Shown here: in pieces, positions 8,356 through 20,300 of the stretch
How positions within the stretch are numbered: position 1 is the stretch's first letter
Layout: each line of letters opens with the position of its first letter
Virus record (IMG/VR): IMGVR_UViG_3300020042_009027
Coordinates: 1 to 55,344 of that record
Strand: one strand, 5' to 3'
Source: a virus
Lineage: Duplodnaviria > Caudoviricetes
DNA length: 55,344 bases
Notes under the pieces: generated by a model
Databases searched by the model: none
What the model was told of the DNA's origin: nothing
The model's input: only the letters and a program-made list of their open reading frames with translations
Program-made: the position numbers and the translations under genes

Positions 8356-11300
8356 TACTGTAGCGGGGGAGCATGTTTTGTTTGACTGAATCATAGATTC
8401 GTTTCGCACGCGCTTCCCCGCTTTCCTCTTTACCTTGATCGACATTCCGTTTGATGTCGGCATAGTAAGCAGCATTCGGGAACCAACCAATACTGAGCCC
8501 TGCGTTCGCAGCAGCAATAGTATCCTTACTAAACTTGGCATCCTTGTTCGCCATCGAGTAGATGGTAGCATCAGGGATGCCCCTTTTTCGTGCCGTATCC
8601 ATGACTTCCTTTAGCGTTATGCGTGCATTGTTAATAGCTTTCTGACTATTGATTACGGCATCGTCAAGTTCGTCTTGGGGCAAGAAGCGTTTCGACCCTA
8701 GCACATCACGCAGATCGAGTGCATTGTTCTGTTGCCTCTTCGCTTCACGCAGGGCTTTCCTAACGACATCCGTAAGCGGAACTACGCGGGGCCTTGCGCC
8801 GATGAGCTCACCGACAAACATCTCTTTGCTGTTCTGTTCACCTTCGCGAAGGATATCCCTACCTTTAAGGATTGCGGAAGGTATCAACATGTTGTCACGT
8901 AGATGCGTAAACACTTTATAGAACTTCGCGGCAGTGCCATCCGCCTCCGAGTAAATCTCAAACCCACTGGAGTTGCGGTTTTGCGTTGCTTCAGTCACAG
9001 CAGAGAAAGCAATCTGCTCCCCGAACACGTCTTGCGCTAAGTAGTTAATCCCACCTTCGACATCCCCCTTAGCGGCAAGTCGGAACAAATCAACTGCCAT
9101 ACTGTGCGGAAGGATGTTTGTCAGGTTGATCACACTCAGGTCCCCGTTACCGAGCATCTGTGCGTAAAGGGTGTGGTCGCGCTGCCATTTAGATAGCCCG
9201 TTTTTCAGCACCCTCATTTGGTCTGGTGGGACTTCCTCACCTATTAACTTATCATCATCCTCCTCGTCGCCACCAACAAGGCTCTTGAACACCGCAGAGG
9301 CGATAGCAGAAAGAACCTCCCCGCCAATTGCTATTGTGCCAGCGAAGCCAAGCACCCGTTGCACCCCACGGCGCACCAGCACGGGGTTCTTTGTTTTGAT
9401 TTCAGACAGAGCAAGCGGAAGTGTATTGAACATATTGCGCATAACTTCTGACTTGTATCGAGCAAAGGAGAACACCGCCAAGGACAACGGAGTCTTGTTG
9501 AAGCTCTTGATCAAATCAAATTGTTGTGAGTGCGTAGGGAATGATGCTTTGATTTTCACAGCGGCTTCCGCTTCCAACCATGCTTGCGTTTTGGTATCGC
9601 CATAGGCGTTCTTCAGCACTTTCAGTTCATACTCAAAGGCATTAATCTTGAAAGCAGAATCGATGGTGTCGTTCAGCGCAGAAAGAAACTGGTCTGTTCT
9701 TACGCCAGCTTTCTTGATTCCGTCCCACACCATTTTTGCACCGCTTGAAAGCTTGCTGGTATCCTTTGTCTGTTCCGCATAGATGAAATCATTCATCGCT
9801 CTTTGCAGTGCGTCATCAGTAGACTCAGAAAACCCCCGCAGCAAATCGGAAATACCTTTTGAGAAGGCGCTATCACGTAGCATATTCAATTCAATGAGCC
9901 TGCGAATGTAAGCCTGTTCTTCAGGGGTCGCTTCGTTGAGGAATGGGGAGCTCCCAAGCCACGCAATCTTGGTTGCCCGAATACCGCTCGATGGAGGGAT
10001 ACCCTGCATGAATGTTTGCACCATACCAGTAAGGACGTTCCGTGGGTAGAACCCGACAGAGCCTTTGGTCTTTACGTGCGTAGCAATACCAGCTATGCGT
10101 GAAAGCACAACCCCACCAGCAGTGAGTATTCGATCCGAGTTAGCCTCGAACTCAGCTTTCTTGGAGCCAAACTCGTTACGCAATGCCGCAGCAATGTCGT
10201 TGCGAACATAGAGACCCGCAAGAGGTTCCAAATCAGGGTCGCCGCTGTCGCCGAACATCTCTGTCGAATCAAGAGTCGGGGTAAGTGAGGCCAACCCAGA
10301 GTCTAATGCGAGTGCTGTGAATTGTTTAAGGAACTCACTGTTCGCAGCAAGCCTTCCTACGCTACGTGCAGTCCGTATGGCGTTCTCGAATGGGTCAGTC
10401 ACTTCACCGAGCAAGCCGCGCAGTTCCACATCGATGTCCTTCTTCTTCTTGAAGCGATCAAGGTCGCGTTTAAGGGAACTTAGGCCGCCAGTTTTACGGG
10501 ACTCATCGCCACGCTTAACCAAGTCCCGAAGATAGGCATCAAGTTTCTCAAGCATTTGCTCCGAGATTTCTTGTTGGGTCAATGGGATGGTAGTAGCATC
10601 AAGGCGAACAGCTAAGTCGTGCGCGTCCATCACCTCATCGTAGAAACGCTTCGATGCTTCGGCGCGTAGCTCATCAAAGTCAATAAGCACTCCGTCAATC
10701 ATTTGCTTCCCACCCACCATGACGAACTTCGACCAACCCTCGGTCGTGAAGAACTTGTAGGAGCGGGTGAGGTAGATGTCGTTTGACTCTCCGTGGTTGA
10801 TCTTCACCTTGTCCTTGTTCATCTGCTTGCGGAAGTCGACCATCAGATCGACCAGCTTCCCGTTACCGAGTTGACGCAACCGTTGCTCGGCCTCAGCTTG
10901 CTTAACAAGGAATCCGTTTGCTGATGTTTGGTAGTAAGGCTCCGTGAACTCTGACCGCTTACGGGAAAGTAGTTCTTTGCGCTCAGCCAAAGGCATGCTG
11001 TCAGGGATGGTCTGCGCAAACGATCTGAGTTGAGTGGTAATCGCTTTCTGATCCGCTTTGGTTAGCACAGGCATTGTCGTCCCGAGCACCGCTCCGATCT
11101 CTTCGATTGTTGCCCCCGAATTAATAGCGGCATCGCGAAGCTTAGGCCAGTTCTTGGCAAACACTTCAGCATTGTAGGTAACAAGATTGGTGCTCCCGTT
11201 TATTTCATCAATCAGTTTCTTGACATCCTTAGGCACGTTGCCCTTCGCCATGTCGCCGAGCTTCTTGATCTTCTTCTTGGCGCTCTCAGTGATACCCCAC

Positions 11301-14300
11301 AAAGGAAGCGAGAACGAGGTGCGGTCCTCGCTGCCTGTGGTGCGCACACCGTCAACTGCTTGCGAGAAAAATGTCAAATCCCCAAGCTCGTCCTCAGGTG
11401 AGGGGACAGGAGTTGGTAGAACCCCGCCGCCTTCTTCCCTCCTTGCGTCCCGCGCAGAGGTGGACATGTTCACGGTATCCTCAGGCGTAACAGTAGCCTC
11501 GGAGAAGCTGAACTCATTCGGGATAATGCTCTTAGAAAAGTAGATATTGTTGGAGCCAGAGTTGAACCGCTGCGATAGGGGGATCACGTTGCCGTCGACA
11601 TCGTAGGTTACGGGGTCTGCGGATTTGATCTGCTCGGGAGAGAAGGCGATATAAAGAGTATCTGAACCTTCAACAATTATCCCATCGTGACCTCCATCCT
11701 TTGCTGCTTTTTGTATTTCCTTGTTGTTGAAATCGTAAAATACTTGAGACTGTTTCGATGGGGTATTTGATACCCCCCAAGTGTAGCCCTCTGGAACTGA
11801 GACACGATATGGGTTTTTTAATGATAAACGTGCGCTTATAATACTCCCTGTTCTTTTAGTATATATTTTTGCTAAACCTTCCCGTGAGGTGAAGAAAAAG
11901 CCCATATCAGTTTTGTCTTTTCGGTGACTTCCCTGCCTTTTAACATCAAACACATCAAGCGACTCCGCAGGAGTTCCGTGGTAAACTTTCGGGCTCCCAT
12001 ACCCAGCCTCCTCCGCCGCATCATCCACCATCCGCTGCGCGGTCTCCATGTCACCTGCTTCGACGGCATCTAGGTATTCTTGATCTTGTTGCAATCTAGC
12101 TTCTCTTTGGGCGTCATTCGAGATAATGCTCCCAGAAAACAACTCATCGAACACAAGATCATCGAGTTCTTGTGTGTCATCGAGCTCGGTTTGTTTCGCG
12201 ACATCTCTAGTCCGTTGAGCTGCCCTGCTATTTCTGTATTGGTTACGTGCAAACGAGTCATTCCGCATACTGTAATTGTTAGGGGAAACAATTGTTGCTT
12301 CAGTGAAGTCGAGGATTTGGGTCATCGCTTGGTCGATCAGATCGTTAGGGGAGTCAAACCCAAAGAGGCGTTTGATAACATCGATCACCCGTTGCTTGAA
12401 TGAGCGTTGACCTTCTGGGGTTGCTACGCGCATCGCGGAAGCAAAGTCAGGAGACGTGAGCAAGGTAGTCACGAACTCGTGATTGCTGCTCAATCCATCT
12501 TGCACGATCTTGCTACCCATCAAGTTGAGTTGCTGTGCTCTTTGTATAGCGAGGTTGCGGATTGCGCTCACACGTTTATTCGCTTCGACTTCAGCAGGCG
12601 ACACTGGGTTACTCAGTGCCCTTACCGTTGGTGCATGCAGGAACTCGTGAATCAGAACATTTGCCAACCCGCTACCGTTGTGGGCAGCTAGGTTAAGCGT
12701 TACTGAATTGCTGCCTAGGGAATACCAACCAGCAGCAGCACCAGCAGCGTCTACGATTCGGAAATCGATACTGCGGATAAGCGATTGGTTTTGGAGCAAC
12801 AACTTCGCCAACGGAGCAAGAACTTTGTCGCGTGATTTCGCGACCAGTTGCAGTGCGGAGATAGCCGATTCGATGTCGCCCGAACGCAAGCCGAGCGTAG
12901 CGACATCTGCGTTGTTCGCTTTGCGTGCAGCCTCAATAGTTTCAGGAGAAATGATGCTTGCCGAGTAATACCGAGGCTCAGGTCTTACGAATATCACTCG
13001 ATTTACCCCTGCCTCTCCTTCTTTATAAAAGAACGTGTCTAATCGTTTTTCGTTACCGTAAAGGTTTTGGGCTGCCTTAGCTCCCTTAGTCGCTACGCCA
13101 GTTAGGGCTCGGATATCTTTACTTGCGGCTGCCTTCGCTCGCTCAGACCGAGTAAGGGCTACCAATGCCTGTTCTTTTTGGGTAACTATTCGGCGTTCAA
13201 AGCGATTCCTAATACCTTGCACACCGCCTTTAAGTATTATGTCTCTGGTTTTTTCATCTTTAGCAAGTCGCGCTTTTGCTATTCCGTTGTTTGGGTTTTG
13301 TAGTAATTTTACCAAGCTAGAGGAAATCCTCCCCGCTAAGGTTTTAAGTACCTCATTGTATCTGATTCTCAGAGGGTCGTCCGAGAGGTAGGTGACGCGA
13401 CGAGCATTCTCAATAGCCTCATCCGCAGCAGCATTAGCAGCAGCAGCAGCATTAGCGGCAGCAGTAGCAGCATCACGGGTTTCTCGTGCATAAATCTCAG
13501 CACGAACTGAATCTTGAATAGCATTCCTAATACCCTGCCTGTCTCCTTCGCTCTTAGCGTCTTCAATAGCAGCCTCAGCAATAGCAGCCTCCTTAGCAGC
13601 AGCAGCAGCCTCAGCATCAGCAGCCACAACAGCATCCTGAGCCTCCCTAGCCTCCGCAACAGCCTCCTCAGCAGCAGCAGTACGGGCAGCAGCAGCAGCA
13701 GCATCGGCACCAGAGCGTGAAACAAATTTACCCTCCGCCTCTTGGTATCCATTTATGTAGATGTTCGCAGCTTCGGTGAGGAAATCGAGACGTGCTTGAA
13801 TCCTTTCTTGGAGTTCATCATAACTAGCCTTTGTGGCTGCAAGTTTCGCTGTGCGCTGCGCCTGCTCCGCTGTGAGCCGCGCCTGCTCAGCAGCGTTAGT
13901 CTCGTTGAGCTTCTTAATGCGCTGTGCCTTCTGCGCATCATCCAATTTGCTCATAATGTCTTCTTCTGCTGCCCTACTCACAGCAGTAGCCTGTCTTTGC
14001 TCAGGCGACATAGCCTTCAACGAGGCTTTGTTGGCTCTATTGTATGCGGCTATTAGCGCCTTTTGTTCCTTAATAGGAATGGGTGCAGGCACATTTGCGG
14101 CTATCTTAGCCTCTACCGCAGCGGCAGCTTCAACATCTGCAGCAGCAAACTGTTCATCCAGCTGCTCCTTGATACCCGCAAGCATTCCTGCGTATTTTGT
14201 TTTGCGCACTGCGTTGATTACCTGCTGCCCCAAAGGCAACGCGTATTCTTTTTTCTGTGCCTTACTTGGCTCTGGCACCTGCGAAGGCAGCAGTTTTAAT

Positions 14301-17300
14301 GCTCGTTGCTCGATGAAAAGATTGATGGCATCGGTCTTCGGGTAACGAACAGCAACTGGTCTATCTGCTGACCCCTCTTCTTTTGGGAGTGCGGCGAGCC
14401 TAGTTGCTATGCGATTCAGCTTGGGGATGTCGCTAAGGTCGTCGTTAAGCTCTACTTCATCACCTGCCTTCTCACTTGCTCTCACGTCATTAAGCATGTC
14501 GATAGCCGCTAAAGCAACTGCAAGATTTGAATAAGCTTCGCGTTCTATCTCGCGTATGCTCTCTTCTTTGGCGTCAAGGCCAAGGGCAACCATGTCAACG
14601 ATTACAGGGTTGCTACTCGGGGCTGCTTGGCTCGGGGCTACTGGCGTAGCCACAGTGCTTGCAGCTTCGCTTTGCTTCATCAAGTCAAGCACTACGGAGT
14701 CTGTCGGGAACCCTCCAGCAATATCCTGCCTTAGTTTGGCAACTTCGTCACTCACCGATACTTCGATCAGTTCTTCTGTTGGTGCATTCTCCGCAAGAAC
14801 AGAGCCGAGCGCCTCAACGTCGCTACTTATTTTGTAAAATCTGTCAAGGTACTCTTGTGCCTTCGCCATTGCAGCTTGAATGTCTTCGTTACTGCTGATG
14901 ATCGATTCATACTCTGCTCTCTGCTCCGCAGACAAGCCATCTTCCGTAGGTCTCAGCGCTAAATACTCTGTTCTCCGCCTTGCTGCGTCCTTAGCTCCTG
15001 CAACAGTAATATCGCGATTCCTTATTGGGGTAGTGGTGTCAAGCTCACCTATTTGTGTGGGCGTGACAACTAGCCTACCCGCTTCATTGTAAAGTGCGAC
15101 AGGTGGGATAACTCCAAATTGAACCAGAATAAGCCCAACCCGTTGACCTTCGGGGGTTTTGCTCATGCGGGATACGATTCTTTTAGTTTCTACCATCCCG
15201 AGTTGCCCTCCGCCGTTCATGGAACTCTCCAGTAGGTAAAGTGTATCGGACGCTGGTCGGTCGGCTGCGTCAATCTTGAACAGTTTAAGGAGGTCGCCCA
15301 TCGCCTCACGCAGGGATTCGTTATTGTCAACTAGCTTAGTCAACCTTTCGCGCAACTCGCTGTAGTAAAATTCACCTGCCTCTGTTTGTGTCCCGTCCTC
15401 AACAGAAGACTGCGCAGGATAGTCAGCAGACACAGAAAATTTTCCAAGGTTACCTAGAGTAATGAGTTGGTTGATCGTATCCTTAACTCCTCCATCTTCG
15501 CCAGCAGCTGCTTCCATAGTGCCCTCCAGCACAAGATCGTCTGCTCTCTGTGCGCGGAGCTTTGCCTCGTGGGCAAACTTTACCATGAAGTAATTGACTG
15601 GGAGCAATCCCGCCCGCAAGTCAAGCGCGTTTTCGTCTTCCCTAGCCTGAGCAACATCTTCACTGCTTTCGGTGTCCCCTTTTTTCTTGGGGCTTTCTAA
15701 AAGTCGGGAAAGTAAACTGATCCCGTAGTTTACCATAACTGTTTCAGGGTTATTTGAAGTAGCTAGTCTAGGGAACCTCAAACCGATAGCACTTGCAACT
15801 TCGTAGTCTGTGCCAGAGAAGGATTCACGTAAGCCTTTCAAAATCAAGTCGCGTTGACTAGATAGGTCTCTTCTTTCGAGCAAGCTATCAATGGTGTCTG
15901 TGTTTCCTTCTTTTAGTTTTGGCGAAATTTTTCCTTTTTTTCGTTCTTGCCCCGCAAGTTTCAGTTGCTTATTAACAGAATCAAGTAGCTTTTGACCGAT
16001 AGCGAACTCCCTTACGTGGACATAGTATGCTATGTAAGCGTTAAGTGCTGTCTGACTAGCTAGCTCCTCATGAACCCCATGCGTCTTTCTCATGGCGTAT
16101 TCCCCAGGAGACTCTTGGGCAGCGCCTTTGCGGGTAAGAAAATAATCTTTGACACCATTCACATAATCAGAAAGCGGGAGGCCTTTGCCGCTCTCAGAAA
16201 GGCGTGTAGCAATCTCAGCATCGGTATACCCAAAAGGCTTTCCTGCACTACGTAAAAGATAGCCCTCCAATCCTTTTACTGACTTCAGGTCGGCAAGAGC
16301 CTCAACAAACTCATTATTGCCCTGCGTTTCTTTTGGGGTGCCAAGAAACCCCCCTGACCTATCCTTGTTAATGATGCCTTTGTCGTATCGCAGTTCACCA
16401 GTAACTGGGTCACAAGTGCCTAATACTAGACCTGTTCCTCGGTCGAAGGCTATCGATTTGTTGATTCTAAATTTAGACTTTATGTTCTCATGTTTGGCAA
16501 TAGTCTCAGCGTCGATGAAGACATCATAACCCTGCTCTCTTTGCAGCGTAGTGATTAGCGAATCGTTGGTAAAGAAGCCTTTAATAGGAACCCCCTTCTC
16601 ATTTACTATAATAGGTAGCTTAATCTTTTCGCGTGTATCTGCCGTCGTATAGTATACGCGCCTAGAATCTTTGTATGTGACTTTGTCGGCCTTCTTGGGC
16701 TTTATAGGAGGATACTTGTCGTAGATTATCTCATGCAACAACTTGCGCTTTTGTTTTACGTAGCTCCTCCTATTGAACGTATCACCCTCCAAACGGGTAT
16801 AAGAGAACAATGGGACAGGTTTATCCTTGCTAAACCGCCCCGCTAAGAAACTGTCTGCAACTATGAATTGCCCAAACTGTTCAAGGTTGGTTACCGCAAC
16901 ACCTGCTTCTGCAAGCTCGTAGAACAACTCTTCTTCTTCTGGGTAAGTAAAGAGATTGTTTTCCTTTGTTGAGGTATCCTGCCTCCCTGTAGTTTCGTGC
17001 TTAATTCTGGTGCCTTTGCGTTTTGCAGTCGGGTTCTGGTATTCGTTGATGGCTTCAAGTAGTGGTGCCTCTGCTGCCGTAAGCTTTTCGTCTTCCTTGA
17101 CTGCCACGTAGCTGCCTGCTTTTTCGAGCAGCTCATCAAGTTTCCTTTTTCTGCGTTTGACGCCAGTTGCAATCGCCTTATTGTAATCATTGATTAATTC
17201 AGTATAGATTTTCTTAAACTCGGGGTCAGTTAATTCAGCAGCTTTTTTGGTGAACTCAACTACATTTGCGCGTGCTTGGGCAATCGTTATGAGCGGCTGC

Positions 17301-20300
17301 CCTGTTCTCTCATCGCCGTCAGGCGGGGTTACGAATTGCTGGTTGGAGTCTTTTTCTCCGCGTATCTCACGAATAAGTCCCACTATTAACCGATGTAGTT
17401 CGACGCGAGCATCGTGCGTTTTCGCAGGCTCTGTCACATTAGCTTGTTCACCTAGCTTCGCTTTTATTGCAGCTATTGCGATGTCTGCATCTGCTTTTGC
17501 CTTTGCATCTGCTTTTGCCTTTGCCTCTGATTTATCTTGTATTTTGCTTCCGATTAGTCGATGCACATAATCAAGTCTATCGTAGAGTTTAGTGACCACA
17601 CTCCGAATCCTAGTTTCGTCCTTGCTGTTTAAGACACCTTCATTTTCATCTAACTTGGATTCGAGGGTAGCCAATAAATCGGAAAGTTTGTTGAGTTCTT
17701 CTGAAGGGAGGTCACCCAAATCCTTGTCAAGGTTTTCGATTTTTCTCCTGCGCATCAATACCCCATAGGCGGGGACTGCTTCAACTTCAGCTTGCATTGT
17801 AAGCAGCACCTGCTTCACTGCTGCCGAGTCGCCTGCTTGTTCCTCAAGCCCAGTGACAGCTCCTTCGTCAGCTTCTTCGTCAGCTTCTGCGTCAGCTTCT
17901 TCGTCAGCTTCTTCATTGCTGGACACAATCGCGTATAGGCGATCAACCTCCGCCTCAAATTCAGGTGTGCCTATGCTAGGGTCACTTTCATAGGCGGCAG
18001 CCATCTTTAGCAGTTTTGTTTTTGCTTCTTCTACCTCAGCAGCAGTAGCGGGCGCGGGTGTGGGTGCGGGCTTTTTCCACGCAAATCTGCCCCCGCCAAG
18101 TTGCGTAACCAAGCCTGCGTACGCTAATTTTTTCCAGAGTATGTTGCCGCCCGCATATTGAGCTTTACTTGACCTCAGTGTGATGCCCCTTGCGGCGAGG
18201 GCGTTACCGAGAACTTTGTAAGCCTCTAAACCGATCCCCGAACCCCGCTCACTCGGGTCAAGTTTTACATAAGCCACCTCTGCGGAATCACCGTCAATTA
18301 CTACTCCGAACTGGTTGAAGTTGACATTTCTGCCGTTTTGCGAAACCTTTACCGTTCCTCCGCCGTCCCGAATGATGTCGTCGATATTGTCGATTTGGAC
18401 GCTGTTAGTGGGTGCGGCAGGCGCAGCAGTAGCTGCTGTCTCAGCTGCTAGTAGTGCAAGCAGTCTCTCTGTTTCTGCCCCTACGTCGTCTGTGTAGACA
18501 ATAGTTTTATCAGTAAGCCCTGCTTGGATTTCTCCCAGCTTTACTTTTGCTTCTTCTTTTACTGGATCGGGCGCAACTGGAGTAGGTGTCGTAGTTGCTA
18601 CTTTGCCAGCTTTAGGTGCTTTGCCAACTTTAGGTGCCTTGGCGGCGGGTGCAGCAGGCGCAAGAGCCTTGGCAATCGTCTGCTTTATGTTTGCCTGCGT
18701 AACCTTCGTAACTTTTACCGCAGCAGGTGCCTTTACTCCCTTGATCGCAACCCGTTTGAGCAAACGTGGAACCCCGACCTTAGCTTTGACGGTAGGTCTT
18801 ATCCGCGCAACATTGCCTATCTGCTCCTCGATGCCGTAATGTTTAGCTACAGCCTTAATGCGGTATGGAGTTGATATGCGGATATCTATCTTTACTCCGC
18901 TTGTTGGGTGTTCAGCGCCGCGAATCACCATCGATGTGGTGTTGCCGTCGCTGTCGCGAGTAAGGTCAGTCTCAAGGATATCAGGAGTTTTCGGGAAAAC
19001 GTATCGGTTGCCGTTGCGGTAAGCGAACATATCGCCTGCAGAAAACTTGCCTTCGTCTTCGGCTAGCACATACATGTCTGGCCCTTGCGCTACTGTTTCG
19101 CCAACTTTCTGGTATCTCGGCCCAAGTGTGATGTGCGTCTCGCCAGTAGAGAGGGGTTTCTCAAAACGTAGTATTGCGTTGTCGTCAGAGTCCATCTCGA
19201 CGACTCCAGAATATCCGTGAGCTGTGATGTTCTCTCCTTCAAAATCATCCCATCGGTCTTCCTCTACCCTAACACCCGCACCGTTTGCAACTTTAGCGGG
19301 GACAAATTTCTTGTCTGTAGTTTTCAGTTGCGCTTGTTTCTCTGAGATCGCTGCGTTGTTCTCCGTCTCTTTGACGAGCGCAGCATTGGCGACATCCATC
19401 CTGCGTTGCACCATCTCAGCAGTTACAGGGGAACCAGATTCACTGAGCCTTTTCGCAATATCGCCAAGCACAGAAACTCTTGCTTGCAGTGCCTCTTGTT
19501 TAGCTGAGCGACGCAAAGGCATCGCGTCTGAAATAGCAGTCACACCGCCACCAAGGAAACCGCCAACCAAACCTGCGTTGACGACTTGTTTGAACTTTTG
19601 CGACATGGTTGTGCGCCGATCCAAAGCAGCATCCTCAATCGCGATTGAGATTGCTTGCTGGAGCGACTCTTCAAATGCTTCGTCAACAAAACCTTTGGCT
19701 GCTTTGTTAGCAAAATTTTTGAATGTTCCTGTGACACTTTTTGCAAGTGCCTTTTTGAATGCTACGTCGGTGACAGCCTTACCTTCATTCTGGATTGTCT
19801 GGTATAGATACTTCGATTGCCTCCATGTGAGGTCTCCTGCGTTCCTAATGCCAAGCGCACGTAACCCCGCAGTCTCAACACCCCCCATGTGGAATACGTT
19901 GAGCGCAGTGGTGATCGCCGCTTCCGACATGCCAGATGCTACAGCAAAGCCAAAGGCTTGCTTGTGCTTCTCTTCATGGCTCATTGTATCAGGTAACTGT
20001 GAGTAGATGGAAACGTAAGACGATCCCATGCTGCTCTTCATGGTGACTGCGAATTGTGCAGCACTAGGCAATATCTGATTGTATTTTAGTGCAACCGCCT
20101 CCGCAACGCGGGCAAAACCTGTAGAGGTAGCCTCGCCTGTTCGGATAGCTGCTTGCGCCAGTGCAGCAGGTTCCCCTGCTAGTGCGCCCCGAACTATCCC
20201 ACGTAGAGCTACTTTCGAGGCTGCTCTTGAGGCTATTCTTGAGACTGCTCCCACCCCTGCCCTTAGGGGCGCTACCACAGGGGCCGCTAAGCCAGCAGAT

